Assembly (NCBI GenBank): GCA_043228905.1
Contig: JBHGNT010000010.1
Span: forward strand, 14,508,001-14,572,000
Direction of reading: 5' to 3'
Source: Azolla caroliniana
Lineage: Eukaryota; Plantae; Polypodiophyta
DNA length: 64,000 bases
This document shows positions 1-11,900 of the stretch, in pieces; the first letter of the stretch is position 1, and each line of letters starts with the position of its first letter. The translations under genes and the position numbers were made by a program. The notes beneath the pieces are model-generated. The model was not told the origin of the DNA and made no database searches. It saw only the letters and a list, made by a program, of their open reading frames with translations.

Positions 1-1123
1 ACAAGACAATTATTACCTAGTAGTCTAGGCTACTACTAGGTTTCCGGTTCCCGCTCGAATACGGCTCTCTGATCCGTCTCCCTAATCCGGCCTGTTGTTT
101 CCGGAAACCGATCCGGATCCGGTTGAGCTTGCTCGCTCAACACTCCCCCTCAAGCTCAACTTGAGGTCGGATCATGGTGTTAGTGTCTGTGGCAGCCGGT
201 TCTTCTACCCGGCTCCTTCTGGCGTTTCTTCACCTTGCTCGCGCGCCTCGTCCAATCCGGTCCTCTTTGTCGCGACCCTTCTAGTTCTACGCACCTCGAC
301 CTCCTCGGTCGGCTTGTCTGCTCAACATGCCCATTTTAGCTCCCTCACTGTTGCGACTTCGGCCCTTGTCGACCCGTTGGTTCCTTCGTGTTGGGGCCAA
401 CATCCGCTGCGTCTGTGTCCACTTGGCCTTTAGTCGATCCGGCTCCTTCGAATCCAACTGTTGAAGTGAATCGGTTGTCTCCGATTCGTTCCCACCCTTG
501 TCCGAGTCGGTGTTCTCCAACTAGTCTTCCGGTTTTAGGCCCTTCACCATGTCAGACCATGTTAGGGTTTTGGCCTTCTCCTTCCAGTTGGCTCTGTCCT
601 TCTTGACTCTACCGCCACTGCCGCTCGTTCCGACTTGTTCGGATGTGTTGACTTCCTTCGTTGACTCGGCCCCCTTTTTCCTCTGGTCTCCTCCTTTGTT
701 GGTTCTTTCTTCCTCTCTGACTCCTTGTCCGGTGCCATCCGATCCCTTTCCTGTTCTCCCCCTCAAGTGTGGCATATCGAGATGTTGAATGCCGAGCATC
801 TCCAAGAAGTGTTGCAACTTGTCCGATCCGAGCAGTTTGGTGAAGATGTCGGCAACCTACCGATCCGTCTGAATATACTGAAGTTCGACTTCACCGCTCA
901 GGACCCGCTCACACACGAAGTGATAATGCAATTCTATGTGCTTCGTTCAAGCATGGAATATGGGGATCTTGGCGAGCTGTATGTTGCTCATGTTGTCACT
1001 GTGGATCAGGGTCGGGGTTGGGACCTCGATCCGAAGATCTCGCAGCAGTCGCCGAAGCTAGATGGCTTCACAGGTGGCATTGGTAGCGCCCTGGTATTCA
1101 GCCTCAATGCTCGACAGAGCCAT
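1..1123 (-). mobile_element. Ty1/Copia (family A) 3' fragment: RNase H C-terminus, post-RNase H extension, PPT and start of 3' LTR (1-142)
   Basis: Minus strand reads KHIELHYHFV..ERV..VADIFTK..LRG; PPT GAGCTTGAGGGGGAG (143-157) followed by TGTTG at 142; homologous to 11500-12450 on +. Confidence 0.9.
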
Positions 1124-1245
1124 TGTGAAGAGAAGAATGCGGAATATTGCTTGGCCACAACCGAGACTTGAATCATTTCACTGAGAATGAAACACAGAAA
1201 TGGGAAGTGGAGAGTACACAAAGGAAATACAGACGATGTTTACGT
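1124..1245 (-). mobile_element. Copia family B LTR, left part (split by the Gypsy insertion)
   Basis: Starts TG at 1124; carries the TGGCCACAACCGAG motif shared with LTRs at 14509, 32934, 37742, 59882; the motif GATGTTTACGT|GGAAAACCC is broken at 1245 and resumes after 8677. Confidence 0.8.
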
Positions 1246-2143
1246 TGTCGTAGTGTAATTCGCACACTACGTGAAAAATTACATTTTTGGTCTCTCCGGA
1301 TAAGGCATGGAGTACCCGGTGAGAACCGGAAGGAGGAACCGGTAAGGATAGAAACCGGTAAGGAGACCCAGCAAGAGCCGGATGAAGAAGGCCGGTGAGA
1401 GTTGGTGAGAAATGGACGAAGAGATCGGTAAGGAGGTCCCGGTAAGAACCGGACAAAGAAAACTAGCAAGCACCGGATGAAGCAGAACCGGAAAGAGCCG
1501 GATGAAGAAGGCCGGTGAGAGTCTCTCACCGGATGAAGAGACATATTTGTAAATAGAAGAAAGTATAAATATATATATATATTACATGCATAGGGCAAGA
1601 TTCGAACCTTGCACCTCCATGTTAATAATGTTAAGCCTTATCATTATACTAGCGTATTATGAATTTTAAAGTTATACTAAACTTTATCCCATGTAAAATT
1701 TCTAGACATGCATGGTACAAAAAGTTATTCATGCATAGACACTCGAGTTAAAAGAAAAGATGAGATAGAAAGCTAATCATGCACATATAGTGTGCATGAA
1801 AACTAAAGATAGGAAAAGCATGATGCTTGCATGAGATAAACTTAGACTCTTCCAACACTATATAAGGAAGAAAGAAAGATGTATAGAGGTTGTTGATTAT
1901 TTTACAAGGGTTGATTAATATAAAATAATCGTGGGATTCACGAATTTACTAACTATTCTTTCTCTCTTAATTTGATTACTCACTAATACACTATACTCGT
2001 GGGATTCACGAGGTTTTCATATCTTTCTTTCTTACAATATATTTCATATTCTTAATTGCCTTAGAATTTTCTTTCCTCCTAGTCCAAAACCCCAGCGGTT
2101 CCCACCCGACTCACGCAACGATCTAGAGCCGAAAGGCACGACA
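1246..2143 (+). repeat. 5' LTR of Gypsy copy 1
   Basis: Near-identical to 7780-8677 (about 11 substitutions by eye). Confidence 0.97.
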
Positions 2144-2147
2144 CAAG

Positions 2148-2164
2148 TGATGAACCCGACGTGA
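2148..2164 (+). promoter_or_regulatory. Primer-binding site, tRNA-Trp
   Basis: TGATGAACCCGACGTGA; unmutated form TGGTGAACCCGACGTGA at 55164-55180 is complementary to the plant tRNA-Trp 3' end (...TCACGTCGGGTTCACCA, from memory). Confidence 0.8.
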
Positions 2165-2181
2165 ACACGGGTGGCAAGGAG

Positions 2182-4191
2182 ATGGAAAATCAACCGGAGG
2201 CTAACAACATGATGATGATGTTTGAGCGGATGCTTCAAGAACAACGTGCGATGTCGGAGATAGTGGCGGCAGTAGAGCTGCTCGTGCAACGAAGCGGGCA
2301 ATTCAACAGAAAGGACGTATCACGCTATCTTCGGGACTACAAGGCGGAAATGCTACGGTGCGGGATTTCGGAAAGACTGCAAGTGACATCCTTCAACCGG
2401 GTGGCTACCGACGGTCTTCAAGTAAGTATCCATGGGCTACGACAACAAAATCCGACGTGGGAAGCGTTTGAAGAGGCGCTAAAGACCACGTTCGCTATCG
2501 CGGACTCCTCCAAGGCAACGCGGAGAGGATTCGAGGATTGGGTAGAAACGCCGGACAAGGGGATGAAGGTTCGGGAGGTTATCTGCGAGAGATCAAGCTA
2601 TCCTCGCACCAGACAAAGTTATCATGTTCTTACGAGCCGTAGACGTCTGGGACCGGAAGGATCTTGGAGTGCTTCTAGACGACACGACTACCGAGAGCGG
2701 CCTCACCGAAACATGGGAAAGCGTGTGAGATATCGTCGGGCGATACACAAAGAGGGGGCAATGGCTTGCCAACGAAGAAAAGAGGGTTTCGGAACCGATT
2801 CCGAAACCGAGATCCGTATCGAAAGACCATCAACCGCGGGCTCGGGAAGCTACGACTGAGAAGGGAATCGAGGCAACTACGGTGGAGCAGTTGCTGAAGG
2901 AGATGGAGAATCTAAAAATCACGATCGTGAAGAAGTCGGATGACCGTCCCACAAGTTCCAAGTATATGGACCGTCGATGCATATGGTGTGATAGCACCGA
3001 ACATGATCGGAGGGATTGCGACGAGCACAAGGAGGCGTTACGACGGGATCTTATCTACTACGAGGGAAATCGGATTCATTCGATGGACTCTTAGAAGCCA
3101 CTCCGACTGAACTTCCGGAAAGGTGGCATGAAGAAGATCCTAGAGGAGGAAATAGCGGCGAATAACAATTACGCGACAACCGCGGGAATACGTGTTAGGG
3201 AGTCATCGGGATCAAAGGTGTCTTTTTGGCCGGAAGTGCTAGAAAACACCGAGAAAACCGACTCTAACGAGATCCGAAGCACCGCGGAAGCATCCAGGAA
3301 GCTACGGGATGGGAGTGCCCCGTCGATGAGAATAGCGTGTTTGCTTTATGCCAATTGCATGAAGTGTATGTAGATGAGAAGCGACGGCGCACGGATGAGG
3401 GGGCCGGTCCATCGAAGACACCGGAAAGCTGGAACTCCGGAGGTACGGGAAAAGAAAAGATGATTCCAGCATTCAAGCTCGCCTCGGACATCAAACAACA
3501 AACGGACTTGAAAAAGGTGTTCGAGGAGAGAATCCTCGATAGTTGGGTAGATTTTTCGCTTCGAGAATTACTCGGAATAGCGAAGAAGGAGTTCCACAAT
3601 CTTCTTGTGGATCTCGTGAAGAGAAAAAGGAAAAGTACGGAGGAGAACGCTCCAAGGGTGAATGCAAATACCGTTCTAATGAATGACACCGAATTGGAGG
3701 ACGAAATACCAAATTCTCACTACACAAAGCCACACTGGGCACGTGCAACTACGAAGACTCCGGTCCAAATCGGTAACATCAAAGAGCCCGTGCTAGCATT
3801 GATTGATCACGGATCGGAGATCAACTTGATGTCCAGGGAATTCTACCGGAAGGGTAAGTGGCCTATTAACACGAATCATGGGTGGAAGATCCGGGCGGCC
3901 ACTAAAGCAACGGAAGATCTATTTGCGGCTTGTCCGGATGTGACAGTGAAGATCGGGGATGTCGAGATCGACCAAAATTTCTTCATACAAGACGAGGTCT
4001 CACACTCCGTGATCCTCGGGCAACCTTTTATCACGACATCACGGATGGAGACGAAGGTGCTCGATAGCGGTGCGGCTTTTGCGCGAATTCGGAGCCAAAA
4101 CGGAGGGAAATCCGTCCAATTCCTAACGGTGCCGGCAAATCATGAAAGGAACAAGAGAGAGCTCTTGTCCCAAACAAGAATGGATTTTTAG
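2182..4191 (+). pseudogene. Gypsy gag-protease ORF (disrupted)
   Basis: Zinc knuckle CIWCDSTEHDRRDC; aspartic protease LIDHGSEIN...ILGQPF; ends MDF-TAG; internal frameshifts/stops. Confidence 0.9.
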
Positions 4192-7100
4192 AGCGAACTG
4201 TTGCGGAGTGGGGAAGTGATAGTCCGAGAAGCCCTGATACCCCACACAGCAAGAAACCTCTCGGTGCAAAACAAGTACGAATTGGTCTGGATGGGGCATC
4301 CACGTACACGGCCATAACCGGAGGAATGAAGAAAGAATACCGAAAAGTGGAGGATAAGTTACGGTCGGCATCAATAATAAAAGAAGACGAAGAAATCGTG
4401 GGAATAGTTGAAAAGGTGTTCTATGGGAGCACACTACAACGGCTTGAAGAGCTCGCGGAAGATACACGCTAGGGAAACCGGGTAATTCCGGTGGAGTCGG
4501 TCGAGATGTACGAGATCATTGTGAAAATGGGGCCGGATGCGCTCCGCAAAGAAGAAGCAATGGTAAGTACGAAATACAAGACCGTGGAGAAGAAAGTGAA
4601 ACCGGCCGCGGGACCGTTACCCACAGATAGTGAACAAAAGAGGAAAGAAGTCTCGGGGGATTCGACACTTCGGAAGTCCATGGATATCGAACATGCCTTC
4701 ACGGATGAGACCCGGAAGAAACTTCGGATCGGTGGAGGTGGGTTGCTATTAAAGAATGAAGAAGAACGATTCCGTGGGATGCTAGAGCGACATGGGAGAG
4801 CATTTGCATTTACATCGAAGGAAATATGATGCGCTGACCCGAAGATAGTGGAGCCGATGGTGATCTTCACGATTGACCATGTGCCGTGGAACCTAAAGCC
4901 AATTCCGGTGCCACGGGCGCATATTCCAAAAATCATCGACTTGCTCAAGGAGAAGGTGGCGACGGGGATTCTAGAGCCATCAAATGCTCCGTACTCAAAT
5001 CGATGGTTTACAGTTCCGAAGAAGAATGGGTCACTCCGATTTATTCAAGATTTGCAACCGGTAAGCAAGGTCACGATCCGGAACTCCGGAGTCGGTCCGA
5101 TAGTGGACGAATTTGCGGAAGCATTTGTCGGTCGCGCGATATACTCCATCAGAGACCTATACTCTGGATATGACCAATTCCAACTAGCCGTGGAGAGCCG
5201 AGACATCACTACCATGTGAACACCGATAGGATTAGTCCGGATGTGTACGCTACCACAAGGCGCGACGAACTCAGTTGCACATATGATGAATGCGATGAAC
5301 AAGGTGCTCCGGGATTGCATACCGGAGATAACGATGCCGTTCCTAGATGACATTCCGATGAAAGGGTGTGCAGTGGAAGAAAAAGATGAAGCTATGGATG
5401 AACGGGGATGCCGAAGGTTTGTAGTCAATCATATCTGTGATTGTGAGAACGTGTTACGGAAGTTAGAAGATGTGCATCTAACACTTTCCGGAGAGAAATC
5501 AGCATTTAGAAAAGATGAAATATTGGTAGTCGGACATCTATGTGGGCCCTACGGCCGAAGACCGTCACCAACCAAGATCGATGCGATTCAAGCTATGAAA
5601 GAAGTATGCGAGTCACAATCCGAAGTTCGAAGGTTTCTTGGAGCATGTGCATTCTACCACATATGGATTCCGCACTATGCACATATAGCGGACCTACTCT
5701 ATCACTTGTTGCGGAAGGGTAAGAAGTTTGAATGGAAACCGGAGCATACCAAAGCCGTGAAGAAGCTCAAGAAATCACTACGGAGGGCAGAAGCACTAAA
5801 GAAGCCAAACTATGACCAACCGATCATAGTAATGGTTGACACAAGTCCAACCGGAATCGGATGGGTCATCAATCAAGCCAATCCAGAGGTTCGTGATATC
5901 CGATCCAATTCGGAGCAAAGGTTCTCAACGAAAGGCAATGCGGATATGCACAAGTTAAAAGAGAATTATGGGGAGTCGTGTCGGCAATCAAATCGGATCG
6001 AGATTATTAGATCGGAGCCGAAGTAGTGATCGAAACGGATTGTCTTCCGATACTCGGGATGATGCGGTGTTGCACGATACCGGATGTGGCTATGCTAAGA
6101 TGGATTGCATATGTGAAGTCACTTAATCCGGAGGTAAGACACATCTCTGGAAAAGACAACGTTGTAGCGGATATGCTATCAAGGGCGCGGTTCGGAGATG
6201 ACATAACCGAATCTGATAATGAAGAAGTTTCCGAAGACTACTTTGCTTCGGAGCACATATGCCGGGTGGACGTAATCCAAGAATTCCGGGAAGAAGAATA
6301 CGAAGGAGAAAGCTTGTTGATCGGGAAAATGCTACGAGAAATCGAGGAATCATCGGACAATAAAGAGAAGAGAGCCAAGATCCGAAGTAAGAAACGGCAA
6401 GTCTGAAAGTTCTTCTTGAAAAATGGATTACTATGGAGGGAGCCGAAAAGACCGGATGGCATACCACTTCAAGTAGTCGGGACGAAAGAGCAACGAAACC
6501 GGATAATGTCTGAATTTCACGAATCCGATTGGGCTGGACATTGAGGAACATGGGCAACTTTTGTGAAAATCAAACAGAAATATTGGTGGAAGAACATGTA
6601 CAAAGATATAGCGGAGTTTACGAAAAGTTGCGAGAAGTGTCGAATCTACTCCGGAGTTCGACACCGAGATGAGCTACATCCAACATTCTCACCAACAGTC
6701 AACTTCAAATGGATGGTCGATATTGTAGCCATGCCAACCAGGATCAGACAAAAGAAGTACTTGGTGTTAGCTCGGGAAGATCTCACAAACCAAGTAGAAG
6801 GTCGGGTGCTACGGAGGAAAACGTGTTCTACGGTATGCCAATTTCTTTTGGAAGAAGTGTTTTGCAGGTACGGGTGCGTAGGACAAGTGATTGCGGATCG
6901 AGGAGAACTCGACTCTGATAAAGCTAAGGAATTCTTCACTAGACATGGAGTTCGGTTAACATTGACAACGACATACAATCCAGAAGCCAACGGGAAGATC
7001 GAACGAGGACATAGTCCGATTGTCAAAGCACTTGCGAAGGCATGCGATGGAAGGGTGAAGGATTGGCCGCAGATGCTTCCGTATGCACTATGGGCGGATC

Positions 7101-7723
7101 GGACGACGCATAGCTCCGTAACCGGTTACATGCCAGCAGAACTTATGACCGGACAAGCACCGGTAATGCCAACGGAAACTGCAATCGCGAAATGGACAAT
7201 GCTACCATGGAAGGAAGAGATGAGCCGGGAAGAACTACTAGTGGTCCGGATACGACAACTAGAGGGAAGACCGGAAGACATAGCGGAAGCGATACGCCGA
7301 CAACAAGAAGCGCGATTCCGGAATAAAAGCCGGTTCGACACAAAGCACCGACTACGACCGCGGAAGATTGAAGAAGGAGATTGGGTGATTGTCTACGATA
7401 GTAGTTTGGATCATCAACATACAACGATGCGGAAGTTCGCGAAAAGGTGGTTTGGGCCATATGAGGTTCGGAAAGTTTTCGATAACGGAACTTACCGACT
7501 ATGCGAGTTGGATGGAACGACGCTATGAGTGCCTATAGCCGGGAAACGGGTGAAGATTTTCAAGAAGCAGACTGAAGAAGAACCCTATGTGATCCTAGAC
7601 AAGACTGACAAGAAGGAGCAATTGGACGAAGATCACGGTGATGCGGAAAGCGAAGAAAGTGGATTAGAACTCATAGTCGACTTAAGGGGAGAATCGGAGG
7701 AAGCTTCGGATGAAGGTGAATAG
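4182..7723 (+). pseudogene. Gypsy pol (RT-RNase H-integrase) in the -1 frame, disrupted
   Basis: RT LPQGATNS...FLDDIP; RH VDTSPTGIG/ETDCLP; INT VDIV...ADRGE...NGKIERGH, WFGPYEV; several CGA>TGA type stops. Confidence 0.93.
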
Positions 7724-7779
7724 CAAGCATCGGGGACTTCGGCACATACCGGAGGATGTGCGGGTTAGGAGGGGGCGAG

Positions 7780-8677
7780 TGTCGTAGTGTAATTCGCACA
7801 CTACGTGAAAAATTACATTTTTGGTCTCTCTAGATAAGGCATGGAGTACCCGGTGAGAACCGGAAGAAGGAACCGGTAAGGACTGAAACCGGTAAGGAGA
7901 CCCGGCAAGAGCCGGATGAAGAAGGCCGATGAGAGTTGGTGAGAAATGGACGAAGAGATCGGTAAGGAGGTCCCGGTAAGAACCGGACAAAGAAAACTAG
8001 CAAGCACCGGATGAAGCAGAACCGGAAAGAGCCGGATGAAGAAGGCCGGTGAGAGTCTCTCACCGGATGAAGAGACATATTTGTAAATAGAAGAAAGTAT
8101 AAATATATATATATATTACATGCATAGGGCAAGATTCGAACCTTGCACCTCCATATTAATAATGTTAAGCCTTATCATTATACTAGCGTATTATGAATTT
8201 TAAAGTTATACTAAACTTTATCCCATGTAAAATTTCTAGACATGCATGGTACAAAAAGTTATTCATGCATAGACACTCGAGTTAAAAGAAAAGATGAGAT
8301 AGAAAGCTAATCATGCACATATAGTGTGCATGAAAACTAAAGATAGGAAAAGCATGATGCTTGCATGAGATAAACTTAGACTCTTCCAACACTATATAAG
8401 GAAGAAAGAAAGATGTATAGAGGTTGTTGATTATTTTACAAGGGTTGATTAATATAAAATAATCGTGGGATTCACGAATTTACTAACTATTCTTTCTCTC
8501 TTAATTTGATTACTCACTAATACACTATACTCGTGGGATTCACGAGGTTTTCATATCTTTCTTTCTTACAATATATTTCATATTCTTAATTGCCTTAGAA
8601 TTTTCTTCCCTCCTAGTCCAAAACCCCAGCGGTTCCCACCCGACTCACGCAACGATCCGGAGCCGAAAGGCACGACA
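7780..8677 (+). repeat. 3' LTR of Gypsy copy 1
   Basis: Direct repeat of 1246-2143, preceded by PPT. Confidence 0.97.
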
Positions 8678-8910
8678 ACATGGAAAACCCTAAATGGGAA
8701 AAAACCACGGGAGCCCACGAACTCCAACTATCACTATAGGAGAAAGGTACAATTAGAGCCTCGGAGGCAATGACCCCGAGCACTGTATCTTTGCCAACCG
8801 GCGGTTACAATAGAGTATCGCTTTGTATCTCACTCACTCTCTCTGTCGCTCTCTCTGTACAACAATATTACAACATCAATATCATATATACACCTAAAGT
8901 GATTGCCCTA
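8678..8910 (-). mobile_element. Copia family B LTR, right part (truncated)
   Basis: GGAAAACCC...GGGAAAAAACCACGG and GAGGCAATGACC motifs match 14630-14730 and 33030-33180; fused to an unrelated integrase at ~8910. Confidence 0.75.
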
Positions 8911-11900
8911 GGACTGCTGAAGTTTAGTGGCCAAAAAGGGCAAGTATGTGAAGCTTGCCAGCTCAGGAAGCAGCATAGGCTTCCTTTCCCAAATGAGAAG
9001 AATCAGAGCTGGAATCGGCTCAATCTCATCCATTCGGACGTGTGGGGACCGGTTCAAAATGTGAGCATCGGCGGGAGTCGATATTTTGTCTCCTTCATCG
9101 ACGACTTCAGTTGGCACACTTGGATCTATTTGATCGAGAAGAAGAGCGAAGTCTTCTCGTGCATCTTGAACCTAAAGAATCATGTTGAATGAGAAACCGG
9201 AAGGAAGATCAAGTGTCTAAGATCGGATGGCGGAAAAGAGTACTTTTCCGGCCAGTTCACGAGTTATCTATAGACGAAGGGACTCCGACAAGAGTTCTCT
9301 TGTAGATACACGTTGTAGCAAAACGTCGTGGCCGAACGTCAGAATTGGATGCTGGTAGAAGTGGCAAGGGCGATGCTAGAAGAGAAATGCATGCCCTGGA
9401 TTTATTGGGACGAAGCAATCCAGACTACCATCTACATACAAAATTAAACATTTGCCTCAGGGACAAAGGTGTCGCCACATGAGCTGTATTTCGAGCGGAA
9501 GCTGAATTTGGCGCACCTTCAAGTATTCGGCAACATTGCCTATGTGCACATGCCGGATGAGAAGCGGAAGAAACTGGATGCAAAATCCGAGAAGTGCATC
9601 CTGGTGGGTTATTACAACGAACAAAAGGGGTACAAGTGCTAGTCGAAGCAAGTCCGAGTTAGCCGCGATGTCGTTTTCAACGAGTCCACATCTTGGCACT
9701 TCTCACCACTCGAACGCGAGCTGATTGTTGTGGATGAAGCAACTGACTCCGGAACAGAAGGAAACTAGCAGAATCCAAACAGAATAGTCTGACTTCCCTC
9801 TGGATTAGTGGACCGAATCCGGACTGGTTGAGCCGAAATAGTCAATTGGATGATGAGCCGGTGAGTAGTGAAGACTCGGTTATGCTCTCTCCGCGCCAGG
9901 AACCAAGGAGACGGTTTACACGTAAAGATAAAGGGAAGAAGAAGCTGCCAGAGTACGACACGGACAAGGAAGAGTCGGATCGGAGCGAGTCTGACTCCGA
10001 AAAGAACAAAGATGGATCTTTGGAAGAGAAGTTTGAGTCGGCCAAGATGGCCACGAAATCGGCGAACCAAAAGCTGTGTCGTTCCACCCGTGAAAAGAAC
10101 CCCGTAATTCGTTATGGATATAACGAGTATATGGAGCGTCATTATGCGTACATGGTGAAGGTGGTAGCCGTGCGTGAGCCAGAGAGCTATGTAGAAGCGA
10201 CTAAGGATCTGGACTAGCAAAAGGCCATGGAGGAAGAGATGCAGGCACTCATTGAAAATGAGACATGGGACTTGGTGAACGTACCGAAAGGAGTGAAGAC
10301 GGTCGGTTGTCAGTGGGTGTATAAGGTCAAATACAATACTGACGGCTCCGTCAACCGGTACGAGGCTTGACTAGTGGCAAAAGGTTATGCCCAGCAGCAG
10401 AGAATTGATTATGACGAGGCCTTCGCGCCTGTCGCGATGATGACGATTGTCCGTGTCTTGCTTGCGGTGGCAGCGACGAAGGGGTGGCATCTACATCAAA
10501 TGGATGTGAAAAATGCGTTCCTGCAAGGTGACCTTAAGGAACATGTGTATATGGTTCAGCCCCCTGGATTTCAGTCCGGAATGAACACGTCGGCTGTTTG
10601 CCAACTGAAGAAGTCCCTTTACGGACTAAAGCAAGCCTTGTGTGCCTGGAACGTGAAGATCGCGCAATGACTGCGTCAGATGGGGTTTGTCCCATCAAAG
10701 TGGGACTCTTCATTGTTCATCCGGGAAGGTCGGCACCGGTTGGTAAGCATTTTACTTTATGTTGATGATTTAGTCATCACCAGCGCCGACCTAGACGAAA
10801 TCAACTGTGTCAAGTCCGACCTCGCGACATCATTGGAAATGAAGGATCTCGGGGACCTTCATTACTTCCTCGAGATCAAAGTGATCTACATCTCGAAAGG
10901 CATACTGATCAGTCAATGCCACTATGTGTTGAGTATGCTTTTCGAATTGGGTATGACGGAATGCAAGTCCGTCTCAACTCCTCTGGATAGGAATGTGAAG
11001 CTACGCCCCGACTCCGGACTGGCATGCGATCCGACAAGGTTCCAGTAAATAGTTGGAAGCCTTATATACCTGACCATCACCTGGCTAGATATCTGCTATC
11101 TGGTCCACTTGATTAGTCAATTCATGGCGCATTCGACCGTGGAACACCTTCAGTGTGCACACCGAATACTTTGGTACATTAGTGGCACTAAGGACATGGG
11201 ATTGTTGTATTGGGCCAGTATAGCTGGACAATTAGTTGGCTATACGGATGCCGATTGGGCCGGAAATGCCGACGATCAAAGGTCAACTTCCGGATTCGTG
11301 TTTTCACTTGGTAGTGCCACTATTGCCTGGAATAGTAAGTAGCAGCCGACAATTGCATTGTCGAGCACTGAGACCAAATACTGAGGAGCGGTTTTCGCGA
11401 CGTGTGAAGCCATTTGGCTTACCAATTGTTAAAGGTTCTGCATATGGAGGTGTCTAATCCGACGACGATCTACTGCGACAACCTCAGCAACATCCAGTTG
11501 GCAAAGAACCCCGTCTTCCACACCTGGACAAAGCACATTGATATGCATTACCATTTTGTCCAAGAGCAAGTCCTCTCCGATGAAGTTGAATTGGTGTATG
11601 TTCCAACATATCGGCAGCCTGCCAACATCTTCACCAAACCTCTCGGCCTAGACAAGTTACGGCAATTTTCAGGCCTGCTTGGTCTACAACGCCTCGATGT
11701 GCCGAACTTGAGGGGGAGAGGTGAAGCTGGAAAGGAGGAGAGAAATGATGATGTACGGAAAGCCGAATCAGATGACGGTTTTGATTTCATACCGATTGTT
11801 GAAGTCAGAATGTTTGAGTCAGATGAAGAAGCCGAGGATGGATGGACATGTGCAGATAGAACGGACAAGTGGAGACTTGTCAGACGTAGGGGGAGCGACC

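Larger units (their letters stand above)
1246..8677 (+). mobile_element. Full-length Ty3/Gypsy LTR retrotransposon, tRNA-Trp primed, decayed ORFs
   Basis: Two 898-bp LTRs TGTCGT...ACGACA; PBS 2148-2164; PPT AGGAGGGGGCGAG 7767-7779; 4-bp TSD ACGT (1242-1245)/ACAT (8678-8681); domain order gag-PR-RT-RH-INT. Confidence 0.97.

Noticed and set aside
1586-1653. Functional tRNA gene
   Set aside because: Only A/B-box-like parts and the T-arm are recognisable; no convincing acceptor or anticodon stem
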